Shown here one piece after another: positions 8,900-16,289 of a stretch of 41,071 bases of DNA; position 1 is the stretch's first letter; each line of letters opens with the position of its first letter. The DNA lies in the IMG/VR virus record IMGVR_UViG_3300033481_000003, positions 1-41,071 of that record. One strand, 5' to 3'. Source of the stretch: a virus. Lineage: Duplodnaviria; Caudoviricetes. Under the pieces are notes generated by a model. That model saw nothing but the letters and a program-made list of their open reading frames with translations. It made no database searches and was not told the origin of the DNA. Made by a program: the position numbers and the translations under genes.

Positions 8900-9191
8900 C
8901 CTCAACTCCCCTTTCCAGTGTTTCAAGTTCTTCCCCAAGAACCAACGACACTTTTTCATTTTTACGAATATAGTTAAGTCTTACTTTTCCATCTTCTTTA
9001 ATTTCTAACTGGATGCTTTCCACATCCCACAAATCTTTCATTTCTTTAATTCTGTAAATTGCATCATCGATGTCAGATATTAAATCGTCTTCATCGAATC
9101 TATCAATGTGAGAATATTTTTTCTTACCTCTCTCACACCAATCGCAGAACCACTTCCCCACACACCTACCACTATAAACACATTTTTCCAT
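8889..9191 (-). CDS. Hypothetical protein with N-terminal Cys cluster (start 9191)
   Basis: GAGAGG RBS before MEKCVYSGRC..CDWC; lies downstream of promoter 9216-9244. Confidence 0.75.
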   Translation of the reverse strand: MEKCVYSGRCVGKWFCDWCERGKKKYSHIDRFDEDDLISDIDDAIYRIKEMKDLWDVESIQLEIKEDGKVRLNYIRKNEKVSLVLGEELETLERGVEDGE

Positions 9192-9215
9192 GTAGCACCT
9201 CTCTTTCATAGATAT

Positions 9216-9244
9216 ATTATATAATATACTTTTGTAAATGTCAA
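9216..9244 (-). promoter_or_regulatory. Consensus sigma-A promoter for recombination operon
   Basis: TTGACA-17 bp-TATAAT. Confidence 0.85.
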
Positions 9245-9279
9245 CCACTTTTTGTAAATATTTTTACCTTTAGGCAAAT

Positions 9280-9303
9280 AAAAAAGGACCGTTTCGGGTC
9301 CTT
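9280..9303 (-). terminator. Rho-independent terminator
   Basis: AAGGACC-CGAAAC-GGTCCTT followed by T run. Confidence 0.8.
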
Positions 9304-9313
9304 AGTTTATCAA

Positions 9314-9580
9314 TTATTTTAAAACTATAATATTTTGCCACTTTTTGTACACATCCAAATATCCCTCGTTTTTATCACCATTCCAAGTGAATTCATAGTA
9401 CAATCCATCAGGAATGTTTGTTGATAGCAACGCTTTGTTATTCTGCAAACATTTCACTTGCCATACAACAAAAACATTATCCTCTGTTATCTTTCCGTTT
9501 TTATCAGTTGATTCAGCATTTGTGTTAAAATACTTTACTACTTCAGCTATTCCTAAATCTCTAAATTCTTTTTCGTTCAT
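9314..9580 (-). CDS. DUF6275-like phage protein
   Basis: VFVVW..K.LQNNKALLST...G.YYE.T.NGDKNE.YLDVYKKW; AGGAG RBS before ATG 9580. Confidence 0.8.
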   Translation of the reverse strand: MNEKEFRDLGIAEVVKYFNTNAESTDKNGKITEDNVFVVWQVKCLQNNKALLSTNIPDGLYYEFTWNGDKNEGYLDVYKKWQNIIVLK

Positions 9581-9581
9581 T

Positions 9582-10016
9582 TTAAATCTCCTTTTCAATT
9601 CTGCATTGCCAACAAATTACTTCACCATTTTCATTGCACGAAAGTTTTTTATAACTTTCTGCATTTATTATTCTATAACATTTTGCACAACATCCGCAAG
9701 CTTTTGTTTCATCTCTAATAAAAAAGTCAGTCATTCCGTATTTGTTTTCGTACATTTTTATTATTTCGTTGTACTCTTCCAATATCTTGTCATTTTCTAA
9801 ATCATCAAACATTCTAAAATTTACTCCAATAGAAATATCATCACCTAATTTGTCTTTTGTGTCAAATTTTATCGTTACTGTATTGTGCATTCCAAACATT
9901 TCACAATCAATAAATTTTGAATAGTAATTTTCCATTGCATACTGCTTTACTTCTTCATACACTTTCAAAAACTCTTCATTGCTCATTCTTCCAACCCACT
10001 TTCCAAAACTATACAC
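9582..10016 (-). CDS. Hypothetical protein with C-terminal Cys motifs
   Basis: ORF in operon; CCAKC...CWQC. Confidence 0.7.
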   Translation of the reverse strand: MYSFGKWVGRMSNEEFLKVYEEVKQYAMENYYSKFIDCEMFGMHNTVTIKFDTKDKLGDDISIGVNFRMFDDLENDKILEEYNEIIKMYENKYGMTDFFIRDETKACGCCAKCYRIINAESYKKLSCNENGEVICWQCRIEKEI

Positions 10017-10213
10017 ACTCGCACGTAATACCTTTCACAATCGTTTTTTACCATGCACTTGATGTGTTTGTCATCTGCATGTGAAAAACACTCGTATTCG
10101 TGATTTACTGGATTGCTTACACTTACATATTTGATATATTTCACTTTCATTTTGCTTTTTATGTACTGCTTAACGCATTCTTTTACTACTTCGCTCTCAT
10201 TATTCATTACCAT
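9983..10213 (-). CDS. Hypothetical protein
   Basis: ORF with AGGAG RBS. Confidence 0.65.
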   Translation of the reverse strand: MVMNNESEVVKECVKQYIKSKMKVKYIKYVSVSNPVNHEYECFSHADDKHIKCMVKNDCERYYVRVCIVLESGLEE

Positions 10214-10224
10214 TGTTAAATCTC

Positions 10225-10857
10225 CTATTCAATAGTTATTTTATATTTTACTGGTTTTGATGACAAATATCTATAGTGTTCTGATTTCTTTTCAAACGGA
10301 AATACTAGGTCCACATTTCCAACTTTTTCGTATAACTTCATATTTCCTTTTATTGTTTTTATTAATGTTGTTCCATCGCTGCATACAAGGTTTTCGTTTT
10401 CTAAATTAAATTTATCAATAAAATGAACATTTATAAAACAATTTCCCGTATTATCGCTAATAATTTCGTTTTTGTAAAAGCTTGAATCGTAAATATGTTC
10501 AATCTTTATATTTCTTTTACCTAAAAACAACCACTTTGCATCAAACCTATCCTTATATACTCCCCCCACTTCCATTTTCGAAAGTGGGATTGTTTTTCTT
10601 TCTTTTAGCGCTACTGCTTTTTCATACTCATTTCTGATATGATCCATTATCTTCTTTTTTATTTCCAACTCTAAATCCCCCGGATGCTCTATCAAATATA
10701 CATCACTCATGATACTTCTCGATCCATCTTTGTAGATTATAGACTTCCCTAGCATCATTCCAACCCTCATACTTTTTACATATCTTCCAGTACCTTTTCC
10801 AACAACCATATCTTCGTCTTTTATTTCTCTTCCAAGTATGTCCTTCATTACTCTCAA
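10225..10857 (-). CDS. Hypothetical protein
   Basis: 210-aa ORF, KDILGREIK N-terminus typical of phage SH3-like small proteins. Confidence 0.75.
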   Translation of the reverse strand: MRVMKDILGREIKDEDMVVGKGTGRYVKSMRVGMMLGKSIIYKDGSRSIMSDVYLIEHPGDLELEIKKKIMDHIRNEYEKAVALKERKTIPLSKMEVGGVYKDRFDAKWLFLGKRNIKIEHIYDSSFYKNEIISDNTGNCFINVHFIDKFNLENENLVCSDGTTLIKTIKGNMKLYEKVGNVDLVFPFEKKSEHYRYLSSKPVKYKITIE

Positions 10858-11285
10858 TCCTTTCTATACTCGTCTTTCAATGGTAAATCCCTGATTGTTT
10901 TTATCATTTCAAGCGAATCTTTATACCAGTTATTGTGTAAATAAAATTCCAAATCTCCATGCTCCGACTTCAAGCAACATTTATCTTTATTTCTCCATTT
11001 TAACGGACACCATATACAATCATCTGAATCGTTAAAATCAACACTTGCACACATAAAACACTGATTAAATTTTGTTGCATATTTTTTACTAAATCCCATA
11101 TCTATAAATATTTTTTCTTTCTTTTTCCAGAAGTCTATCAAAAAATCTCCTAGATTAAAATCATTTTTGTTCGAATCTTTGTATTCATCATCAAACCACT
11201 CGTACAACCTCCCCCACAATTCCTTATGTAACTCATAAAACTCTTCCAACTCTTCAATCACTTTGCCATCATTTCTTTTTAACAT
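10854..11285 (-). CDS. Hypothetical Cys-containing protein
   Basis: CFMC...CIWCPLKW...CC. Confidence 0.75.
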   Translation of the reverse strand: MLKRNDGKVIEELEEFYELHKELWGRLYEWFDDEYKDSNKNDFNLGDFLIDFWKKKEKIFIDMGFSKKYATKFNQCFMCASVDFNDSDDCIWCPLKWRNKDKCCLKSEHGDLEFYLHNNWYKDSLEMIKTIRDLPLKDEYRKD

Positions 11286-11305
11286 CTTCCATCATCCTTT
11301 ACATT

Positions 11306-11503
11306 TTATTTTTTTACTACTAATACAACCATTTCTTTCACATCTTTCAAACACGCTGGACACTCAATCCATTTGTAACCTTTGCAATTTCGATATTTCC
11401 TATATATTATTTCATTTTCCACCAAGAAGTCTGAGCCTCTTGGTGAAAGTTTGAAAACCTCGCAAGGTTTAAGATCTTTTATTTTTTTCGCTTTATACTT
11501 CAT
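11306..11503 (-). CDS. Hypothetical protein
   Basis: 65-aa ORF with AAAGGA RBS. Confidence 0.65.
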   Translation of the reverse strand: MKYKAKKIKDLKPCEVFKLSPRGSDFLVENEIIYRKYRNCKGYKWIECPACLKDVKEMVVLVVKK

Positions 11504-11935
11504 TTAATTCCTTTCTACTACATCATCAATACAAACTGCCTCGTAATCTTCCCACTTTATATCATTAAACAAATGATTAAAAACCTCAAATTCTAATCCA
11601 TATGTACGTTCTGGCATCCATTTACCTTTATCAACATTCTTTTTTGGTTCAAATTCATACACATACAAACCATTTATTCTATCTCTCGCAATGTAAATAT
11701 ACTTTTTATCAATTGATTTCAAAATAACTCTTTCCTGTGCTGTAAACCTTTTCACTTTTCTTATATCTTCTATTTCATTTATAGCAATTGCCACAACGTA
11801 TTGAGATTCTCTTTTATATATCTTATAAACTTTATTATTTACTATTTTGTATCTTGTTATATTTTCTATATTTTTAAACTTAATCTCGAACTCCTCATTT
11901 TCTTTTACTCCAAAAACCTCATACCATTTAATCAT
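11504..11935 (-). CDS. Hypothetical phage protein (probable start ATG 11935)
   Basis: GV...EEF.I N-terminus, YIARD..LY...P.K...F..IKWED motif; AAGGAG RBS. Confidence 0.75.
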   Translation of the reverse strand: MIKWYEVFGVKENEEFEIKFKNIENITRYKIVNNKVYKIYKRESQYVVAIAINEIEDIRKVKRFTAQERVILKSIDKKYIYIARDRINGLYVYEFEPKKNVDKGKWMPERTYGLEFEVFNHLFNDIKWEDYEAVCIDDVVERN

Positions 11936-12306
11936 CTTAAACACTCCTTTTCCATTTCTTTCAATCTTTTTTCTGCATCTTCTTTTTTTAAAAACCATGT
12001 ATCATTTTCAAAACTTCCTAAATCTGAACAATATTTTGTAACAATAATAAAATCATTTTCACGAATTCTTATTTCTTCTACTTTCTGACAATACACTCTG
12101 TTTAACATGTTTTGTTTTTGTAATTTGTTTAATCTGTAATTTACAAGACTTGGAACCATATAAATCGTATCTCCAATCCTTACTGTAAATACTTTCAAAT
12201 ATCCTTCTGTTTCATGTTTTCTGTATTCATATAATTCCGAAACTAATTTTTCAAGTCTCAATTTTTCAACTTCAACTTTAGGCATAAATTCATCTTTTTT
12301 GTCCAT
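11932..12306 (-). CDS. Hypothetical phage protein
   Basis: L.EY...E..G.L.....IGDT.Y...FL.KE.AEK.L motif common in Firmicutes phages. Confidence 0.75.
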   Translation of the reverse strand: MDKKDEFMPKVEVEKLRLEKLVSELYEYRKHETEGYLKVFTVRIGDTIYMVPSLVNYRLNKLQKQNMLNRVYCQKVEEIRIRENDFIIVTKYCSDLGSFENDTWFLKKEDAEKRLKEMEKECLR

Positions 12307-12318
12307 GTTAATCTCCTT

Positions 12319-12621
12319 TTATTTTATTCTTTTAAATTTATTATTTTTTGAATTAATTTTTTCCAATACTTTACCTAATCCATTTTCAAAATACTCGCAG
12401 TATATACTTACCTCATGTCTGTAAAAGTCTATGCTGTTTATTCTTATTATCTTCACGTACTCGCCATTTACTTTTAATACTTCCCCACTTTTAAATACTG
12501 AATCTTCATAGCCTTTCCCATAGTGATAGTCAACCATTGATATTATTATATCTCCTAATACCAATTCACCTTTTTCATCTTTTTCCAACTTCAAATCTCC
12601 TTTACCATTCAATATTTTCAT
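12319..12621 (-). CDS. Hypothetical protein
   Basis: 100-aa ORF overlapping upstream gene. Confidence 0.65.
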   Translation of the reverse strand: MKILNGKGDLKLEKDEKGELVLGDIIISMVDYHYGKGYEDSVFKSGEVLKVNGEYVKIIRINSIDFYRHEVSIYCEYFENGLGKVLEKINSKNNKFKRIK

Positions 12622-13504
12622 TTTCTAAATTAAATTTTATCTGATTTATATCGTCATCCATCCACCAGTAAAAAACATCTTCTCCAGTTTTCCATTTGGT
12701 TTCTTTTCCTTTTTTCTCTCTTTCCTTTATCATCCTATCAAATGCATTTATATACATCTGCTTGTATTTTGGAAATATTGCAAATTCAAATTTTCTTTTT
12801 TTGCCAGCCATTGGACAACCAATGCATCCAACTCTATTAAACCCACATTCATAAAGGCTACATACTTCTATTTTTTCTTGATTGATATATTCCCATATAT
12901 CATAATTTTCCCAATCTATTATTGGATTTATAACCATTTTATTTTTTATTTCACACTTTTCAATCATCGCTCGTTTATCATCATTATCATTCATGAGCAT
13001 TACTTTGTCTTTTGAACTTTTTTCAATAGACTCCATAACTCCTCTTTTACTTCTTTTTACACTTTCATCCCATCTTACTCCAGTAGCCACAATACTTTCT
13101 TTTCCTGATTGTTCTTTCAGCACTGAACAGCAGTATCTTGCGATTCTTGTTGGTGGAATTTGTTTTTCTGGAATTAGATTCCACATTGTGGCAACATTTC
13201 CTTTATATGTTGGAAGAACAATATTGCATTTTATACCTCTATTTTCTAATTCTTTGAATTTTTTTCTAATGTGTCTTACCGTTTCAGGAGCATCAGCTGA
13301 CGTATGACTATTTTCTGCAATGAAATCAACCCCTGATCTAATGAACAGTTCCAGTAAAACATCTGAATCTTTACCTCCACTATAGGCCATGTGTAAAGGT
13401 TTTTTATAATGAAAAGTGCTTAATTCGCTTGCCATTTTTATTCTTTCTATTGCTTTTTTCTCTAAATCATTATATACCATGATTTTATTTCCCATTTTCT
13501 CCAT
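12602..13504 (-). CDS. Phosphoadenosine phosphosulfate reductase family protein (PAPS reductase/DndC-like fold)
   Basis: AYSGGKDS PP-loop, RYCCSVLKE, GVRWDES..R, NPIIDW, RVGCIGCP. Confidence 0.9.
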   Translation of the reverse strand: MEKMGNKIMVYNDLEKKAIERIKMASELSTFHYKKPLHMAYSGGKDSDVLLELFIRSGVDFIAENSHTSADAPETVRHIRKKFKELENRGIKCNIVLPTYKGNVATMWNLIPEKQIPPTRIARYCCSVLKEQSGKESIVATGVRWDESVKRSKRGVMESIEKSSKDKVMLMNDNDDKRAMIEKCEIKNKMVINPIIDWENYDIWEYINQEKIEVCSLYECGFNRVGCIGCPMAGKKRKFEFAIFPKYKQMYINAFDRMIKEREKKGKETKWKTGEDVFYWWMDDDINQIKFNLENENIEW

Positions 13505-13549
13505 ATTTAATCTCCTTTTAGTGTATTATTTTTATACATTTTGTATATA

Positions 13550-13592
13550 CACTTGACATAGCATTTATTAATATACTATACTATGCCAAGTG
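13550..13592. promoter_or_regulatory. 12-bp inverted repeat (1 mismatch) with overlapping promoter-like hexamers upstream of PAPS reductase gene
   Basis: CACTTGACATAG...CTATGCCAAGTG; + strand TTGACA-18-TATACT. Confidence 0.45.
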
Positions 13593-13605
13593 ACATGTTT
13601 TAATA

Positions 13606-14298
13606 CTATTTAAGTCTATAATTTCCAGTTTTAGATATGTTAATTAAGTTATCTCGTGTCATTTCAATTATTCGGCTACCAACGGCACTGTCAATGTCTA
13701 GTAGCTGTTCTGGGTCTTTCTCAGTCGTAATTATTGTCGCAAGTTTACGCTGATACCTAGCATTTATAATTTCATACATAATGTTTACATCTGAATCGGT
13801 TATTTTTCCCTTAAACAAGTCATCAACAAGGAGAATCTTAACCGTTTTTACTTTGTCCATCTTCTTTTCATACTTTTCTTGATTCAGTACACATTGTTTA
13901 AGCATTGTCATGTTTTCTCTGTAATCAAAGTATTCACATTGGAAACCACTTTCCATCAATCTATTAATTACTGCACAAGCTAAGTGTGTTTTACCACTTC
14001 CAACGTTCCCACACAATAGCAATCCATTACACGCATTAAATTGTATCTGACTATATGAATTAACATAATTTACACATGCATCCTTTATCATTACCAAATT
14101 ATCAACAGGGGTTATATAATTCTCAAAAGTCTTCTCTTTGAAGAAATCTCCGAGACCTGATTTTTCTAATCTTGTTTCAAATTCTTGTTTACCTGCCTTG
14201 CCACATTCACATTTTCTAGCATATTCCATTTCTGGCATATTCTCATATACCTTTTTCGTGTAATAAATCCATCCTTCATGATTACATTTTGTGCACAT
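13606..14298 (-). CDS. DnaC/IstB-like AAA+ helicase loader
   Basis: Zn-finger N-terminus, GNVGSGKT Walker A, LLVDDL Walker B, INARY, SRI.EM. Confidence 0.92.
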   Translation of the reverse strand: MCTKCNHEGWIYYTKKVYENMPEMEYARKCECGKAGKQEFETRLEKSGLGDFFKEKTFENYITPVDNLVMIKDACVNYVNSYSQIQFNACNGLLLCGNVGSGKTHLACAVINRLMESGFQCEYFDYRENMTMLKQCVLNQEKYEKKMDKVKTVKILLVDDLFKGKITDSDVNIMYEIINARYQRKLATIITTEKDPEQLLDIDSAVGSRIIEMTRDNLINISKTGNYRLK

Positions 14299-14309
14299 TT
14301 CTTATCCTC

Positions 14310-15059
14310 CTAGTATGTTTTTTTAAGCCATGCGGGTAATTCCTGTTTTTCAGTTTGTCCAACGGCTTTTAATTTGTTTTCTTTATCATCATAGTTACCA
14401 TCAAGTATTTTAGCAATATTTGAGTCTTTCATCATCCAGTCAAATGTAGCCGACCAATTACGGTCATTCTTTCCTTTCATGAAACTGCTACACTCTGCCT
14501 TATCAAATACTCTTTGAAAATCATCAACACTATAAGTATTCATCCTTGCTTTTATGCTCTTCTTACGAGCATCAGATAGAGAAGTCAGCCGAGGGAACGA
14601 CACGCAAGTGTTGTTATACATATCAGCTATTTGCTGATAATCTACTCTTTCTCTTTCTTTATTTGTTGATATTTTATTTGTTATTGTTTTATTTGTTTGT
14701 GTTGGATTTACCGTCGTCGGTTTTTCCGTTGTTGGATTTACCGTCGTCGGAAAACCCGACAACGGTGATTCAATATTTTCATTTAAAATATAGTCTTGTC
14801 CGCTGAATTTTCCCTTATTTCTGTCAGGAACTCTTTTTAAATAACCAACATTTTCAAGTTCTTGGATTGCAGACCTAATTGAATCTTTTCCATCCTTTAA
14901 AAATTTTGACAATCCAGATATAGAAAAGTCCCAATCATCAGGAAGACTCCACATGAAAGTAAACAATCCAATAGCTTTAAGTGATAAATCTTTATTTTGA
15001 ATTATGCTATTGTCAATCATTGTGTATCTTTCTTTTTTTTCTATTCTTATTTTTGACAT
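14310..15059 (-). CDS. Phage replication initiator (N-terminal wHTH)
   Basis: YT.IDN....LSLKA.GL...SLPDDW.FS; C-terminal GKNDRNW.ATFDW...KILDGNY; directly upstream of DnaC-like gene. Confidence 0.88.
   Translation of the reverse strand: MSKIRIEKKERYTMIDNSIIQNKDLSLKAIGLFTFMWSLPDDWDFSISGLSKFLKDGKDSIRSAIQELENVGYLKRVPDRNKGKFSGQDYILNENIESPLSGFPTTVNPTTEKPTTVNPTQTNKTITNKISTNKERERVDYQQIADMYNNTCVSFPRLTSLSDARKKSIKARMNTYSVDDFQRVFDKAECSSFMKGKNDRNWSATFDWMMKDSNIAKILDGNYDDKENKLKAVGQTEKQELPAWLKKTY
14701..14765. repeat. Iterons / probable replication origin inside initiator gene
   Basis: 20-bp direct repeat GTTGGATTTACCGTCGTCGG at 14701-14720 and 14731-14750 (15-bp periodic half units), next to an AT-rich tract 14640-14700. 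Confidence 0.75.
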
Positions 15060-15082
15060 TGAAAACTCTCACTTTCTTATGT

Positions 15083-15385
15083 TTAAAATTCAATTGATAT
15101 AATATCATTATCAAGCATTATGATTTTTGTATCATATACTTTTATAAATTTTACTTTTTCAAGATAACTTAGCATGTATATGATATCTTCTTTGTGTAGT
15201 TTTAAATCCAATGATAAACCAGTTACAATATCGTTATCAGGATATGTTATCTCTCTGTTATCATCTGCTAACCAGTGCATTCTTATGAATTTCATTGTAT
15301 ATATCATATTGTTTGCTTTAGTTCCAAATCTTTTTATTCTTTTGTCTTTAAAAAAATCATCTCTCATAATTAACGTTTTATCCAT
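15083..15385 (-). CDS. Stand-alone phage replisome-organiser N-terminal-like protein
   Basis: DFF.DKRIK.......IY....M..L....G/E.I.Y pattern resembling Phage_rep_org_N. Confidence 0.55.
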   Translation of the reverse strand: MDKTLIMRDDFFKDKRIKRFGTKANNMIYTMKFIRMHWLADDNREITYPDNDIVTGLSLDLKLHKEDIIYMLSYLEKVKFIKVYDTKIIMLDNDIISIEF

Positions 15386-15387
15386 TA

Positions 15388-15540
15388 CTATTCAACCTCT
15401 CTTTCTTCTTCTCTTGAAATATTTTGAATATACAAAAACCTTATATATTCTGATATACTCATATCGTTTTTTAAAGCACTCTCTTTTATGCTTTCTTTCA
15501 TTTTTTTTGAAACTCTAATCATCATATTTTCGTTTTTCAT
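15388..15540 (-). CDS. Ribbon-helix-helix (CopG/Arc-like) regulator, 50 aa
   Basis: GGAGGTG RBS before ATG 15540; MMIRVS...K..I...A....MSISEYIR. Confidence 0.8.
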   Translation of the reverse strand: MKNENMMIRVSKKMKESIKESALKNDMSISEYIRFLYIQNISREEEREVE

Positions 15541-15560
15541 TGTTTCACCTCCATGAACAA

Positions 15561-15594
15561 AGTATATCATATGTATTTCGTTTTGTAAATACAT
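15561..15594 (-). promoter_or_regulatory. Replication-operon promoter with overlapping 8-bp inverted repeat (putative RHH operator)
   Basis: TTTACA-17-TATACT with extended TG; ATGTATTT-8 bp-AAATACAT at 15571-15594. Confidence 0.7.
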
Positions 15595-15641
15595 AAAAGT
15601 AAATTATTCCTAAAAATACAATAAAGTACAATTTAAGCAAC

Positions 15642-15802
15642 AAAAAAAGCAACACACGAATGCATTGCCTTTTTGATAAGAGGAGGGGCTCTCATTTTGG
15701 GTACTAGTTTTATCTAATCGAAATCACGTGCAAGGAATCGAACCTTGCAAAAACCATTCGTGATAGATAGCTACATAAATATAAAGTGTTAGTAATTGGA
15801 TT
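15642..15802 (-). ncRNA. Putative ~160-nt small RNA with tRNA T-arm-like hairpin and C-rich anti-SD loop
   Basis: Promoter TTTACT-17-TATAAT (15809-15837); GCAAGG-TTCGATT-CCTTGC within ATCACG/CGTGAT stem; terminator with TTCG loop 15642-15675; no RBS-led ORF. Confidence 0.6.
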
Positions 15803-16014
15803 GAGTATATTATACAATATACAGGTTTCAAAGTAAATTAAATTGATAAATATAAATATAGCCTTATAACGCATCAGAATCGTTTTTAAGCGACTTTTGG
15901 TTTTAGGCTAAGAATTGCACAAAGTGAATATTTTGATTAGAAATTAGTGGTGCTGTGTTAATTTGTGGTATGCTGTAGAAGTATTTGTATACACTAGTAG
16001 CATTTTAGAGCAAT

Positions 16015-16143
16015 AAAAAAATACATTACTAATTGATGGTTAGTAATGTACTTTGTGGTTACAATTGGCTACAATCAACACTCAATTGTATAATTTAGTT
16101 TTTTCTTTGATATCCCATTCATTGTTTAAACCTAAATATTATA
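16015..16143 (-). ncRNA. Putative ~130-nt small RNA
   Basis: Promoter TTGACT-17-TACAAT (16150-16178); 11-bp-stem terminator 16015-16050. Confidence 0.5.
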
Positions 16144-16187
16144 CATATAATTGTATTATATAATACACTGTTAGTCAATAGTAAAAT

Positions 16188-16248
16188 AAAAAAAGACCCT
16201 CGGCGAATCCGTGAGTCTTTTCAAAGGAGTATATATGAAAAAAATATA
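16188..16248 (-). ncRNA. Putative ~60-nt anti-RBS small RNA
   Basis: Promoter GTGACA-17-TATACT with extended TG (16254-16282); body TTTTTTTCATATATACTCCTTTG; terminator 16188-16221. Confidence 0.55.
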
Positions 16249-16289
16249 TTTATAGTATATCATGGATATGTCGATATGTCACTACTCTT

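Noticed and set aside
3432-9287. Repeated TTTAGGCAAATAAAAA beside two terminators
   Set aside because: Mostly terminator U-tail and AT-rich sequence; only the 3435 copy has a matching -10, so no separate function is supported
15720-15770. Complete tRNA gene or attP site
   Set aside because: No D arm, anticodon arm or CCA, and no integrase in the genome; kept only as a tRNA-like motif
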